Below are positions 22,497-33,221 of a DNA stretch of 64,000 nucleotides, piece after piece. Where the stretch lies: the NCBI RefSeq assembly GCF_044324875.1, contig NZ_CP172185.1; one strand, 5' to 3'. Made by a program: the position numbers and the translations under genes. Origin of the DNA: Escherichia coli. GTDB taxonomy: Bacteria > Pseudomonadota > Gammaproteobacteria > Enterobacterales > Enterobacteriaceae. Positions within the stretch are counted from its first letter, which is position 1; the number at the start of each line of letters is the position of its first letter. Under the pieces are notes generated by a model. It saw only the letters and a program-made list of their open reading frames with translations. It ran no database searches and was not told the origin of the DNA.

Positions 22497-23096
22497 ATGC
22501 AGATGAAATCATTACATTATGGGATATTTGCAAGCATTACTCTGAGCTTATTATTATTCAGCACGTTTTCTATAGCCATCACGGATAACATTGGCCTAAA
22601 CGTTATGACCACTGTTGAAAACAGAACTTGTCAAAGCGAAATCAGCAACCAGGGGTTGGTTAATCTTGGCACTGTTGGAGTGGGATATTTTGCCAGTAAT
22701 GTTAGTGCGGAAGATAATTATCCAGGCGGAAAGACCTTTACTGTGACAGTAAAAGATTGCCCCTCCGCTGGCACAACATCAAGCCAGTTGCATATAGAAT
22801 TTAAACCTGTCAGTGGTGTAATGGCCACTGGTAGCCAACAGATATTCGCCAATAACCATGTCGGCGGTGCACAAAATGTAGGAATCGTGATTTTTAGCCA
22901 AAATAATCAGTCATCGGACACAGTGAATGTGCTGTCACCAACAGGGCAGTTTCGCACAGTCTGGCCAGTTGCCTCTGCAAACATGAATAATTCATCGTGG
23001 CAATTTTATACACGAATGCAAAAAATTGATCCGTTACTTCCCGTTGGGGCAGGATTTGTCACCAGCAATGTATTAGTTGATATTTATTATCAATAA
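22497..23096 (+). CDS. fimbrial minor subunit-like protein (yadL/yadK-like)
   Basis: About 199 aa from MQMKSLHYGIFASITLSLLLFSTFSIA; AGGA Shine-Dalgarno; cannot tell which K-12 paralog it corresponds to. Confidence 0.6.
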   Translation: MQMKSLHYGIFASITLSLLLFSTFSIAITDNIGLNVMTTVENRTCQSEISNQGLVNLGTVGVGYFASNVSAEDNYPGGKTFTVTVKDCPSAGTTSSQLHIEFKPVSGVMATGSQQIFANNHVGGAQNVGIVIFSQNNQSSDTVNVLSPTGQFRTVWPVASANMNNSSWQFYTRMQKIDPLLPVGAGFVTSNVLVDIYYQ

Positions 23097-23147
23097 ATGC
23101 TAGACATAACGAATCTACAAATATTATTTTTTCAAAGGAGTGATAAG

Positions 23148-24398
23148 ATGAAGTCAGCGTTCCGATACTTTCTTTTTTTATGGATTATCACAGCCAGCAT
23201 TAATAATGTAAATGCTGGAAATCTTACTTTTATGGTCGGTGACGATGCTGGCGTAGGAAACCTTAATGGCCCATCAGGCGATAAACTAATATCATTTGCC
23301 TATCCGGTTGGTGGAGTAAACAATATTGTATTTTATAATCCAACATCCGCCACACCGACCAATGCACAAATAAAATTATATTGGAGTGAACTGGACACAT
23401 CAAGTAGCCGTGGGTTTGTATATTGTACTTCAAAAAGTGGTTCCAGCGGTATGCCAATTACTGTCCGGCATAACATGGTGGACTCAGGAAAAATGGCAGA
23501 TGGGCACAGATTATATGAAACTAATGTAACCGGTCTATATTATACGTTAATGCTCAATAGATTCTGGTCGTATGAACTTCGCTCAAGCTCTCCAGATATA
23601 TACGTTGGAGACGATGGCTGGCACACTGTACAATTTTCTATTACGGGTGATTATATACGAGGTCAATGTAATACTGCCAGGTATCAAGCAGTCGGAGGTC
23701 TTTTGCACGATGCCACGGTGGAATTCTATACCGACAGCAGTTTTAACCCTGCTCCAAATACTAACGTGCAATTAAAACATACTGGTGATTATTTGTATTC
23801 ATTCGCAAATGAAGGGCCAGGGATTCCAAATGTAAGTGCATCTAAGATGCTAAAAATCAATTTTAATTTAACAGACATCAATATCCAACTGCCAACATGC
23901 TTTACGTCTATCCTTTTGGGTGAGAGCGTAACGCGATCAACCGTAAATCTCGGGGAATATACTGTTGGACAGATCACCTCAGATTCTGCAACACCTGTTA
24001 ATTTTCAGATCTCGCTACAAAATTGTGTTCGTATAAGCAGTATTAAAACAAAACTAAAATCTAATGTAGTAGGAGTGAATAATCCTCTGTTGCTTGGTAA
24101 TACTTTGACAGGAACCGATGATGCAAAAGGTGCCGGAGTACTTATTGAAGGGTTACCCAACAGCAAAAATTCACAAAATTTCACGCTTAAGCCAAATGAT
24201 GAGACATCAAGCTATAACGATGCTGAAGATGATCCTGGAGAAAACAATGGAATTTATAACCCAGATTATCCTAATGCCAACGGTCGTACTACAACCCAGG
24301 ACCTGAAATTTCAGGCAACATTAAAACGCGATGGTAATGCAACTGTGAAACCCGGCGGATTTAAGGCTACCAGTACATTCCAGGTCACCTACGAGTAA
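23148..24398 (+). CDS. yadC: fimbrial tip adhesin-like protein
   Basis: 416 aa from MKSAFRYFLFLW with AGGAG Shine-Dalgarno; signal peptide; last gene of the operon. Confidence 0.7.
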   Translation: MKSAFRYFLFLWIITASINNVNAGNLTFMVGDDAGVGNLNGPSGDKLISFAYPVGGVNNIVFYNPTSATPTNAQIKLYWSELDTSSSRGFVYCTSKSGSSGMPITVRHNMVDSGKMADGHRLYETNVTGLYYTLMLNRFWSYELRSSSPDIYVGDDGWHTVQFSITGDYIRGQCNTARYQAVGGLLHDATVEFYTDSSFNPAPNTNVQLKHTGDYLYSFANEGPGIPNVSASKMLKINFNLTDINIQLPTCFTSILLGESVTRSTVNLGEYTVGQITSDSATPVNFQISLQNCVRISSIKTKLKSNVVGVNNPLLLGNTLTGTDDAKGAGVLIEGLPNSKNSQNFTLKPNDETSSYNDAEDDPGENNGIYNPDYPNANGRTTTQDLKFQATLKRDGNATVKPGGFKATSTFQVTYE

Positions 24399-24409
24399 CA
24401 GGTTTAACC

Positions 24410-24432
24410 GCACCGCCATCATCTGGCGGTGC
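24410..24432 (+). terminator. hairpin after the yad operon
   Basis: gcaccgcc-atcatct-ggcggtgc, 12 nt after the yadC stop. Confidence 0.45.
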
Positions 24433-24511
24433 TGTAATTGATAAATCATTGCCCCCACCAATGTGACTGATAAAATGCCAGACAGCACGACATTACTTAT
24501 CAGGATACGTT

Positions 24512-25306
24512 ATGAAACCAACCACTATTGCTTCATTGCAAAAATGCAAACAAGAAAAAAAACGTTTCGCGACCATCACCGCTTACGACTATAGCTTCGC
24601 AAAACTGTTTGCCGATGAAGGGCTTAACGTCATGCTGGTTGGCGATTCACTGGGCATGACGGTTCAGGGGCATGACTCCACTCTGCCAGTTACCGTTGCC
24701 GATATCGCCTACCACACTGCTGCTGTACGTCGCGGTGCGCCAAACTGTCTGCTGCTGGCTGATCTGCCGTTTATGGCGTATGCCACACCAGAACAAGCCT
24801 TTGAAAACGCCGCGACTGTCATGCGTGCCGGTGCCAACATGGTCAAAATTGAGGGCGGTGAGTGGCTGGTAGAAACCGTACAAATGCTGACCGAACGTGC
24901 CGTTCCGGTTTGTGGTCATTTAGGCCTAACCCCACAGTCAGTAAATATTTTCGGTGGCTACAAAGTCCAGGGGCGCGGCGATGAAGCGGCCGATCGACTG
25001 CTCAGCGATGCATTAGCTTTAGAAGCTGCTGGGGCACAACTGCTGGTACTGGAGTGCGTGCCGGTTGAACTGGCAAAACGTATTACCGAAGCACTGGCGA
25101 TCCCGGTTATTGGCATTGGCGCAGGCAACGTCACTGACGGGCAAATTCTCGTGATGCACGACGCATTCGGCATTACCGGCGGTCATATTCCTAAATTCGC
25201 CAAAAATTTCCTCGCCGAAACGGGCGACATCCGCGCGGCTGTGCGGCAGTATATGGCTGAAGTGGAGTCCGGCGTTTATCCGGGCGAAGAACACAGTTTC
25301 CATTAA
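24512..25306 (+). CDS. panB: 3-methyl-2-oxobutanoate hydroxymethyltransferase
   Basis: 264-aa ORF matching recalled PanB. Confidence 0.95.
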   Translation: MKPTTIASLQKCKQEKKRFATITAYDYSFAKLFADEGLNVMLVGDSLGMTVQGHDSTLPVTVADIAYHTAAVRRGAPNCLLLADLPFMAYATPEQAFENAATVMRAGANMVKIEGGEWLVETVQMLTERAVPVCGHLGLTPQSVNIFGGYKVQGRGDEAADRLLSDALALEAAGAQLLVLECVPVELAKRITEALAIPVIGIGAGNVTDGQILVMHDAFGITGGHIPKFAKNFLAETGDIRAAVRQYMAEVESGVYPGEEHSFH

Positions 25307-25317
25307 GGAGTGACGTT

Positions 25318-26169
25318 GTGTTAATTATCGAAACCCTGCCGCTGCTGCGTCAGCAAATCCGCCGCCTGCGTATGGAAGGTAAGCGCGTGGCGCTGGTGCC
25401 CACCATGGGTAACCTGCACGACGGCCATATGAAGCTGGTCGACGAAGCCAAAGCCCGCGCCGATGTGGTCGTCGTCAGTATTTTCGTTAACCCGATGCAG
25501 TTCGACCGCCCGGAAGATCTGGCACGTTATCCACGGACCTTGCAAGAGGACTGCGAAAAGCTGAACAAGCGCAAAGTGGATTTAGTTTTCGCCCCTTCGG
25601 TAAAAGAGATCTACCCGAACGGTACAGAAACCCACACCTATGTTGATGTTCCCGGTCTTTCTACCATGCTGGAAGGTGCCAGCCGTCCGGGACATTTTCG
25701 CGGCGTTTCGACTATCGTCAGCAAGCTGTTCAATCTGGTCCAGCCGGACATCGCCTGCTTCGGTGAAAAAGATTTTCAGCAACTGGCGCTGATCCGCAAA
25801 ATGGTTGCTGATATGGGCTTTGATATTGAGATTGTCGGTGTGCCAATTATGCGCGCCAAAGACGGTCTGGCGCTGAGTTCCCGTAACGGTTATCTGACGG
25901 CGGAACAACGCAAAATTGCGCCTGGTCTGTACAAGGTTTTAAGTTCGATTGCCGACAAATTGCAGGCTGGCGAACGGGATCTCGATGAAATTATTACTAT
26001 TGCCGGGCAAGAACTGAATGAAAAAGGCTTCCGCGCCGATGATATTCAGATTCGTGATGCCGACACCTTGCTGGAGGTCTCTGAAAACAGCAAACGTGCA
26101 GTGATTCTGGTAGCCGCCTGGCTTGGCGATGCCCGCCTGATCGACAACAAAATAGTCGAGCTGGTGTAA
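25318..26169 (+). CDS. panC: pantothenate synthetase
   Basis: 283 aa, GTG start, [37 protein letters not shown] (HIGH-type motif). Confidence 0.95.
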   Translation: MLIIETLPLLRQQIRRLRMEGKRVALVPTMGNLHDGHMKLVDEAKARADVVVVSIFVNPMQFDRPEDLARYPRTLQEDCEKLNKRKVDLVFAPSVKEIYPNGTETHTYVDVPGLSTMLEGASRPGHFRGVSTIVSKLFNLVQPDIACFGEKDFQQLALIRKMVADMGFDIEIVGVPIMRAKDGLALSSRNGYLTAEQRKIAPGLYKVLSSIADKLQAGERDLDEIITIAGQELNEKGFRADDIQIRDADTLLEVSENSKRAVILVAAWLGDARLIDNKIVELV

Positions 26170-26250
26170 TATTTAACTGGCGCTACGGCTGATGGCGCCA
26201 GTTATTCATTGCCACGTCATCTGTAAGAAATTATTCATATCGTAGACAAC

Positions 26251-26466
26251 TTAGTTAGAGTTAATTAGCTTATCAACCTCTGTAAGAGATAAAGTTGCCA
26301 TCTCTGCAACGTCTTCCCGAGACATTCCTTTACTCAGAAGACGCTGGGCCAGCCTTACCTTCCGGAGTCCCTCTTTATATCCCTTCTGAAATCCCTTCTG
26401 AAATCCCTTCTCTTCAAACCACTGCGCCAACGTCTGCCTGGTTTCTCTCCGTGTCTTTATTTCCAT
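26251..26466 (-). CDS. stand-alone Rpn C-terminal-tail paralog (RpnS-like small protein)
   Basis: 71-aa ORF; LAQWFEE...QRLLSKGMSREDVAEMA...EVDKLI closely parallels the last 70 aa of the adjacent rpnC product; created by an 85-bp tandem duplication. Confidence 0.5.
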   Translation of the reverse strand: MEIKTRRETRQTLAQWFEEKGFQKGFQKGYKEGLRKVRLAQRLLSKGMSREDVAEMATLSLTEVDKLINSN

Positions 26467-26636
26467 ATATTCCCTTAATTATCTGGTCAGTTAACAATAA
26501 CAATTATCTGGCTATAACTGATAATGCAGATAACTTAGCTAATCAGCTTATCAACCTCAGCAAGGGGTAAATTTGCCATCTCTGCAACGTCTTCCCGAGA
26601 CATTCCTTTACTCAGAAGACGCTGGGCGAATTCCTG
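26265..26636. repeat. tandem duplication of the rpnC 3' end (two ~85-bp near-identical copies, period ~280 bp)
   Basis: Copies at about 26265-26349 and 26544-26636 share the run ttgccatctctgcaacgtcttcccgagacattcctttactcagaagacgctgggc. Confidence 0.85.
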
Positions 26637-27479
26637 ACTTACTTCCTGTGTTACTTCCTGTATTACCTCTTGTCTTACCTCTTGTCTTACCTCTTGTCTT
26701 ACCTCCTGTCTTCCTTCCTGTCTTCCCCTCTCTTCAAACCACTGCGCCAGCGTCATCATAGACTTCCCTCCCGTTTCCCTGTCTCTCAGCACACCATAAA
26801 ACAAATCCGCTTGTTCAGTATGACCGCGTTGCAGCATATAGTTTTGCATGGCAACTAACTGACTTCCGCTAGTGTACCCTTCGTCAATCAGCGTGACCAG
26901 TTGCTCCAGCAATAACATTAAGTCGCGCTGGCGAATATGTTTTTGCAGTAGTTCGAGAATCGCAATCCGCCGATGTTGCATGATTTCGTCATCCGGTGTG
27001 ATGGTGATATCCACCAGCGGGAAAGGGTTGTTGTAAACGCGTCGCGCCAGCTCCGGCGAGTAAAACATATCAAACCAACACATTGAGAGCGGATAAGGTG
27101 TGGCCTCGCCCTGATAAAACAGAATCGGCACCACCAGCGGCAGCTTATCGTGATCCGCCTCCAGATGCCGGTGCATGGCAGCAATAGAATAACGCATCAT
27201 GCGAAAGGCCATTTTCTTATCCGGCTTACTTTGGTGTTCAATCACCACATGCAAATAACCGGGATTACCCTGCATTTGTACGGAATAGAGTACGTCCGTG
27301 CTGTGCCCTTTCAGGCTTTCCTCAATAAAACTCCCCGACTCAAGATGCAGCGTGTCGAGGTCACACAGTTCGCGTAGCTCCGCTGGCAAATGGATATCCA
27401 GAAAGTCACGAGCCGTTTCCGCATGCATTAAAAATTGTTTAAATACCGCGTCATGCGGTGTGGTACTCGGTGCATCCAT
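26535..27479 (-). CDS. rpnC: recombination-promoting nuclease Rpn family (YhgA-like PD-(D/E)xK)
   Basis: 314-aa ORF at the K-12 yadD position between panC and panD; Rpn-family sequence with C-terminal repeat-containing tail. Confidence 0.8.
   Translation of the reverse strand: MDAPSTTPHDAVFKQFLMHAETARDFLDIHLPAELRELCDLDTLHLESGSFIEESLKGHSTDVLYSVQMQGNPGYLHVVIEHQSKPDKKMAFRMMRYSIAAMHRHLEADHDKLPLVVPILFYQGEATPYPLSMCWFDMFYSPELARRVYNNPFPLVDITITPDDEIMQHRRIAILELLQKHIRQRDLMLLLEQLVTLIDEGYTSGSQLVAMQNYMLQRGHTEQADLFYGVLRDRETGGKSMMTLAQWFEERGRQEGRQEVRQEVRQEVRQEVIQEVTQEVSQEFAQRLLSKGMSREDVAEMANLPLAEVDKLIS
26637..26726 (-). repeat. in-frame 12-bp tandem repeat tract within rpnC (RQEV units)
   Basis: About 7 units of tacctcttgtct and variants, encoding RQEVRQEVRQEV...; a second shorter tract (atcccttctgaa, KGFQ units) lies at 26379-26412 in the small ORF. 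Confidence 0.85.
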
Positions 27480-27752
27480 CTTCCCTGCCTTCCGTGTTGT
27501 CTTGCGTGAAGGCAGTATCCAGTCAAGGCGCGCCGTCGTCAGCCGCCTCTTTATTGTTTACCGAGCAGCGTTCAGAGAAATTTCAATTGGTTACAGGCGT
27601 TACATGGCACGCTTCGGCACGGTACGCAAACTGCTGATGCAAATGCCGTCAGATGAGTAGACACTAAACAAAAATCGGGCAATACTGCGTGAGAATTTCC
27701 TCAAAGCAGGCATCGCCTGCTTCGTTAACGACAGGGTAGAAAGGTAGAAGTT

Positions 27753-28133
27753 ATGATTCGCACGATGCTGCAGGGCAAACTCCACCGCGTGAAAGTGACT
27801 CATGCGGACCTGCACTATGAAGGTTCTTGCGCCATTGACCAGGATTTTCTTGACGCAGCTGGTATTCTCGAAAACGAAGCTATTGATATCTGGAATGTGA
27901 CCAACGGCAAGCGTTTCTCCACCTATGCCATCGCGGCAGAACGCGGTTCGAGAATTATTTCCGTTAACGGTGCGGCGGCCCACTGCGCCAGCGTCGGCGA
28001 TATTGTCATCATCGCCAGCTTCGTTACCATGCCAGATGAAGAAGCTCGCACCTGGCGGCCCAACGTCGCCTATTTTGAAGGCGACAACGAAATGAAACGT
28101 ACCGCGAAAGCGATTCCGGTACAGGTTGCCTGA
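27753..28133 (+). CDS. panD: aspartate 1-decarboxylase
   Basis: 126 aa [29 protein letters not shown] (pyruvoyl-forming G-S site). Confidence 0.96.
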
Positions 28134-28136
28134 TAA

Positions 28137-29366
28137 TCACCCCTGCGGCTGGTTACTCACCAGCCGCGACATTGTCTCCAGCGAATCCGTTCTTAAGATA
28201 TAAAGTCGTTTTAGTAACAACGGATTATCCCCCGGTTTTACTTTGCCTTTCATGGTTGTCACCGCCAAGTGAAATCCGGCTTCTTTTGCTGCCTTCACGG
28301 CTTTGTCATTAAATCCGCCAAACGGATACGAAAGATACCAGACATGCGGATTAAATTGCGCCAGAGCGCGGCGTGAACGTGCAAAATCAAACAGAATATT
28401 GTGCTCACTACGGCTCAGTAATATGGGTCGGCGATAACCATCCACCCGATGCAAAAAATGGGTATGTGACTGGAAATCAAATACATCGCGAATTTCGTTA
28501 AGTTCAGAAACGCTCATAAATTGCAGCGATTTTGGGTCCCACTTCTGCGGGTGACGTTTGATGCGCGAGGTAACAATAAACGCCGTCGCCTTCATGCCAT
28601 ATTGTTTCAACACAGGATACGCATAGCGGCTCACCGACTTGAGGCCATCATCAAAGGTAATCACCACCGCTCGCGCAGGGAGATTGATCTTATTCTTCAC
28701 GTAACCTTCCAGTTGCGCCATGCTCAGTGTCACGTATCCCCTGTCGCGCAGCCAGGCCATCTGGTTATTGAAAGCGCGTACCGAGGTGGTCGTCGAAGTA
28801 TGGCGAAAACGGGTGTTTTCTTCGTCGCGCAGAATATGGTGATAGGTTAGTACCGGCAGGCCATTATCGGGTTGGGCATCCAGCGCGCTGATATAGGCCA
28901 GTCGATCGCCAATACGGATCTGATACCAGGTTTGATTTAACCTGTCTTTCAGTTTATGCAAAATTGGGTAGCGCAAATTGTCCGCCAGTACCCCAAACGG
29001 CGCACTGCCCGCACTCGGCGCGTTATAGACCGGCGTATCTTTCCAGGTAACTAAGTTCTGATTACTCAGCGGCTTGTTGAGGTCACCCAAACCGTCTTCA
29101 ACTTTTTGTCGCCCCTGAACCGGCTCGAGATGACCTTTATCGATAAACCCTTTACCAAAGCCAAAATTAAATGCGTAATAACTTGCGGCAGTGGGCTCCA
29201 CGGCAATGATTTGTCCGGCCCGAATATTCCCCACCGTCACCATCTTGTCGCCAATTTGCGCCCAGACCGCAGCATTTTCGATGGTTTGCATATAACGGGC
29301 AGGTAACGCGGCACTGACGCTTGCGGTAAACAGCATCAGCAGGAGAATAACAGCTTGTTTGTACAT
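28137..29366 (-). CDS. yadE: polysaccharide deacetylase-like exported protein
   Basis: 409-aa ORF with signal peptide; synteny. Confidence 0.85.
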   Translation of the reverse strand: MYKQAVILLLMLFTASVSAALPARYMQTIENAAVWAQIGDKMVTVGNIRAGQIIAVEPTAASYYAFNFGFGKGFIDKGHLEPVQGRQKVEDGLGDLNKPLSNQNLVTWKDTPVYNAPSAGSAPFGVLADNLRYPILHKLKDRLNQTWYQIRIGDRLAYISALDAQPDNGLPVLTYHHILRDEENTRFRHTSTTTSVRAFNNQMAWLRDRGYVTLSMAQLEGYVKNKINLPARAVVITFDDGLKSVSRYAYPVLKQYGMKATAFIVTSRIKRHPQKWDPKSLQFMSVSELNEIRDVFDFQSHTHFLHRVDGYRRPILLSRSEHNILFDFARSRRALAQFNPHVWYLSYPFGGFNDKAVKAAKEAGFHLAVTTMKGKVKPGDNPLLLKRLYILRTDSLETMSRLVSNQPQG

Positions 29367-29429
29367 GAAAAAATAACCGAGGGTGAAACAACGCTTTTAT
29401 TGTAGCAAAAGCGTCATCAGAATCGCGGG

Positions 29430-29870
29430 TTAATACTCATACAAATTATGTTTGAGGACGAAAGGCGGATTTTTTTGTTGCTGGTGCCAAAGACTACTCA
29501 CCTCCGGCGCACCCAGTTCGACAATACGCTCGCGAAACTCTGCGCTGGATAACGTTTCACGGTAGACCAGCATCTGTTCAATTAACGGTAACGTGACACC
29601 AGAAATCACTTCGCAACGGGAGTGTTTGTGGCTTAATAATGAAGCCACGCGATACGGTGGCGCTCCGGCTATATCGGTTAAGAAGATGACACCCTCACCA
29701 GAGTCCGCTTCATGCAGGGCATCGCACATCATGCGGCTGAGCATATTAGAGCTTAACCCACGCCAGAAATTCACGGCCCGGCACTGAAGAAGTGCCCCAT
29801 GTTTTTTCTCCAGCGCATCCAGTATCTCTTGCGCCCGGTCATCGTGACAGGTAATTACCCAACCTAACAT
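29430..29870 (-). CDS. yadI: PTS EIIA-like protein
   Basis: 146-aa ORF; synteny. Confidence 0.85.
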   Translation of the reverse strand: MLGWVITCHDDRAQEILDALEKKHGALLQCRAVNFWRGLSSNMLSRMMCDALHEADSGEGVIFLTDIAGAPPYRVASLLSHKHSRCEVISGVTLPLIEQMLVYRETLSSAEFRERIVELGAPEVSSLWHQQQKNPPFVLKHNLYEY

Positions 29871-29974
29871 CGCCTTCCTCCTTAGCCGAAAATCAGTCTA
29901 CCCTGACCATTGTTGATAAAGGGTGATAGCCGTCAAAACTCCTCTCCCCCACATCCAGAGGAGAGGAAATAGCC

Positions 29975-30745
29975 TTAGCTACGCAAACCACGTCCACGTT
30001 GGATCAGCGACCAACAGATCAAATAAAACGCCACAATAAAGACCACCAGTACACCGAAGGTAGTGACCAGCGGAACATCATTGATACCGAGGAAGCCGTA
30101 GCGGAAACCACTGATCATATAAACGATTGGGTTCAGGTGCGACAGCCCTTGCCAGAACGGCGGCAGCAAAGTCAGGGAGTAAAACACCCCGCCCAAATAC
30201 GTAAGTGGCGTTAACACAAAGGTTGGCACCAGGCTGATGTCATCGAACGTTTTGGCAAACACGCCGTTCAGCAAACCCGCAAGGGAGAACAACACCGCCG
30301 TGAGCACCAGCGTTAAAGCGACAAATACCCACGAATGCACCTGAAACGGCACAAAAAACAGTGAAATTGCCGTCACCAGAATGCCAACAAACAGACCACG
30401 CGCCACGCCACCGCCGACATATCCGGCAATAATGACGTGAGTCGGAACCGGCGCTACCAGCAGCTCTTCAATATTACGCTGAAACTTGGCACCAAAAAAT
30501 GATGACGCGACGTTAGCGTAGGCGTTGGTGATCACCGACATCATGATCAGCCCCGGTACGATGAACTGCATGTAGCTGAAGCCATGCATATCGCCAATAC
30601 GCGAACCAATCAGGTTACCGAAGATAATAAAGTAAAGGGTCATGGTGATGACCGGTGGCACCAGCGTCTGCACCCAGATACGCATAAAGCGATGGATCTC
30701 TTTCGCCCAGATGCTTTTTAGTGCCACCCAGTAAAGATGCATCAT
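29975..30745 (-). CDS. yadH: ABC-2 type transporter permease
   Basis: 256-aa polytopic ORF overlapping yadG by 4 bp. Confidence 0.88.
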   Translation of the reverse strand: MMHLYWVALKSIWAKEIHRFMRIWVQTLVPPVITMTLYFIIFGNLIGSRIGDMHGFSYMQFIVPGLIMMSVITNAYANVASSFFGAKFQRNIEELLVAPVPTHVIIAGYVGGGVARGLFVGILVTAISLFFVPFQVHSWVFVALTLVLTAVLFSLAGLLNGVFAKTFDDISLVPTFVLTPLTYLGGVFYSLTLLPPFWQGLSHLNPIVYMISGFRYGFLGINDVPLVTTFGVLVVFIVAFYLICWSLIQRGRGLRS

Positions 30746-31668
30746 GCGCGATCTCCTTGTTTTTCATTAACCAGTGAAACAAACAGCTCTTCCAGACGGT
30801 TAGCTTTGTTACGCATACTTAATACCTGAATGCCCTGCTCACTTAACTGCGTAAATACGCTGTTGATCCCCTGCTCACGCAGCACTTCAACTTCCAGCGT
30901 CGCGGTATCGACCAGTCGATACTGATAGCCTTCGAGCTTCGGTAACGGACTTTTCGGTGCGAGATCGAGAATAAAGGTTTCCGATTTCAGCTTCGCCAGC
31001 AGCGCCTTCATCGAGGTATTTTCCACCAGCTCACCGTGCTGAATAATGCCGATATTGCGGCACAGCATTTCTGCTTCTTCCAGGTAGTGTGTGGTGAGAA
31101 TGATGGTGGTGCCTTTGTCGTTTAAATCCTTCAAAAAGCCCCACATTGAGCGGCGAAGTTCAATATCCACGCCTGCGGTAGGCTCGTCGAGAATCAGTAG
31201 TTTAGGTTCATGCATTAACGCACGGGCAATCATTAAACGGCGCTTCATCCCGCCAGATAACATACGCGCACGTTCGTTGCGTTTTCCCCATAGATCGAGC
31301 TGTTTAAGATACTTTTCGCTGCGGATATACGCTTCTTTGCGCTCCACACCGTAGTACCCTGCCTGATTCACCACAATTTGCTGCACGGTTTCAAACGGGT
31401 TGAAGTTAAATTCCTGCGGCACCAGTCCCAACTGACGTTTAGCGTTCACGACATCCTTCTCGAGATCGTAACCAAATACGCTGACCCGCCCGGAGGTTTT
31501 ATTTACCAGAGAGCTGATAATACCGATAGTGGTCGATTTCCCGGCCCCGTTCGGCCCGAGAAGCGCATAAAAATCACCCGCTTCGACCTGCAAATCTATT
31601 CCACGAAGCGCCTGAACGCCGCCTGGATAGGTTTTTTTAAGCTGTTGAAGTTCCAGTGCAATGGTCAT
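30742..31668 (-). CDS. yadG: ABC transporter ATP-binding protein
   Basis: Walker A GPNGAGKST, signature LSGGMKRR, Walker B LLILDEPT. Confidence 0.9.
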   Translation of the reverse strand: MTIALELQQLKKTYPGGVQALRGIDLQVEAGDFYALLGPNGAGKSTTIGIISSLVNKTSGRVSVFGYDLEKDVVNAKRQLGLVPQEFNFNPFETVQQIVVNQAGYYGVERKEAYIRSEKYLKQLDLWGKRNERARMLSGGMKRRLMIARALMHEPKLLILDEPTAGVDIELRRSMWGFLKDLNDKGTTIILTTHYLEEAEMLCRNIGIIQHGELVENTSMKALLAKLKSETFILDLAPKSPLPKLEGYQYRLVDTATLEVEVLREQGINSVFTQLSEQGIQVLSMRNKANRLEELFVSLVNEKQGDRA

Positions 31669-31776
31669 AAATTTTTACTTACCTTACGTTCTTACACTTT
31701 ATCTGTGGTTTAAATCGTCCCGGAGTTGCCCTATATTAGCCAAACGTAATTATTTGGTTACAGGTCGTTAACCTCC

Positions 31777-32439
31777 ATGAAAGACATAGATACACTCATC
31801 AGCAACAATGCACTATGGTCAAAAATGCTGGTGGAAGAGGATCCCGGGTTTTTTGAGAAACTGGCACAAGCGCAAAAACCGCGCTTTCTATGGATTGGAT
31901 GTTCCGACAGTCGCGTTCCTGCAGAACGTTTAACCGGTCTTGAGCCGGGCGAACTCTTTGTTCACCGTAATGTTGCTAACCTGGTCATTCACACCGACCT
32001 GAACTGCCTTTCCGTGGTTCAGTATGCAGTGGATGTACTCGAAGTTGAACACATTATTATCTGTGGTCACTACGGTTGCGGCGGCGTACAAGCCGCAGTT
32101 GAAAACCCGGAACTGGGGCTTATCAACAACTGGCTGCTGCATATCCGCGATATCTGGTTCAAACATAGCTCATTGCTCGGCGAAATGCCGCAAGAGCGCC
32201 GTCTGGATACCTTGTGTGAACTGAACGTCATGGAACAGGTGTATAACCTGGGCCACTCCACCATTATGCAATCAGCGTGGAAACGCGGGCAGAAAGTCAC
32301 CATTCACGGCTGGGCCTACGGCATTCACGACGGCTTGCTGCGTGATCTGGATGTCACAGCGACCAACCGCGAAACTCTTGAGCAACGTTACCGTCACGGG
32401 ATTTCCAATCTCAAGCTGAAACACGCCAACCACAAATAA
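31777..32439 (+). CDS. can: beta-class carbonic anhydrase 2
   Basis: 220 aa; CSDSR and HYGCGG zinc-ligand motifs. Confidence 0.95.
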   Translation: MKDIDTLISNNALWSKMLVEEDPGFFEKLAQAQKPRFLWIGCSDSRVPAERLTGLEPGELFVHRNVANLVIHTDLNCLSVVQYAVDVLEVEHIIICGHYGCGGVQAAVENPELGLINNWLLHIRDIWFKHSSLLGEMPQERRLDTLCELNVMEQVYNLGHSTIMQSAWKRGQKVTIHGWAYGIHDGLLRDLDVTATNRETLEQRYRHGISNLKLKHANHK

Positions 32440-32448
32440 AAATGCCAT

Positions 32449-32469
32449 GCCGGATGCAACACATCCGGC
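32449..32469 (-). terminator. hairpin between convergent can and hpt
   Basis: gccggatg-caaca-catccggc; U-rich tail on the minus-strand transcript. Confidence 0.5.
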
Positions 32470-32479
32470 AACTTCACAC

Positions 32480-33016
32480 TTACTCGTCCAGCAGAATCAC
32501 TTTGCCGATATACGGCAGATGACGGTAACGCTGTGCGTAATCAATGCCGTAACCCACCACAAACTCATCCGGGATCGAGAAACCGATGAATTCTACCGGG
32601 ACGTTCACTTCACGACGGGACGGTTTATCCAGCAGCGTACAAATCGCCAACGACTTCGGTTCGCGCAGGCTTAAGATCTCACGCACTTTCGACAGTGTAT
32701 TACCCGAGTCGATGATATCTTCAACAATCAGCACGTCCTTGCCACGGATATCTTCATCCAGATCTTTGAGGATTTTCACATCACGGGTGGTGGACATGCC
32801 GCTACCGTAGCTGGAGGCGGTCATAAAATCGACTTCATGAGATACCTGAACTTCACGACACAGGTCCGCCATAAACATAAATGAGCCACGCAGCAGACCC
32901 ACCAGCACCATATCGCTGCCGCTGTCTTTGTAACGCTCAGTAATCTGACGACCCAGTTCGGCGATACGCGCTTTAATCTCCGCTTCGGGGATCATTACTT
33001 CTACAGTATGTTTCAT
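32480..33016 (-). CDS. hpt: hypoxanthine phosphoribosyltransferase
   Basis: PRPP-binding motif [14 protein letters not shown]; start placed at [14 protein letters not shown] (178 aa), not the longer ORF-track start. Confidence 0.92.
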
Positions 33017-33221
33017 ATCTCTAACCATATGATTTAAAAACAAATCACTTCGCACGGGCAGGTTTTGGCACCGTAACAAAGCGCAAGACACGCAGTATAC
33101 CAGTAAAACTATTCATTCGCGGAATCTGTTAATAAAGCTCGAATTGTGATGACGATCACACATGTTAAAACCTATAATTAATTGCTACTAAAATATTAAT
33201 GAATTGAAATGGTGTCTCTTT

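Noticed and set aside
26637-26726. Short tandem repeats in rpnC and yacH considered as CRISPR arrays
   Set aside because: Units are 12 bp or 96 bp, uninterrupted by unique spacers and in frame within coding sequence; no CRISPR-like repeat-spacer structure anywhere in the window
26295-26858. Plus-strand ORFs (91, 62 and 62 aa) over the rpnC repeat region with Pro/Leu-rich repeats
   Set aside because: Reverse-strand read-through of the in-frame rpnC 12-bp repeats; the rpnC frame on the minus strand is the coherent one
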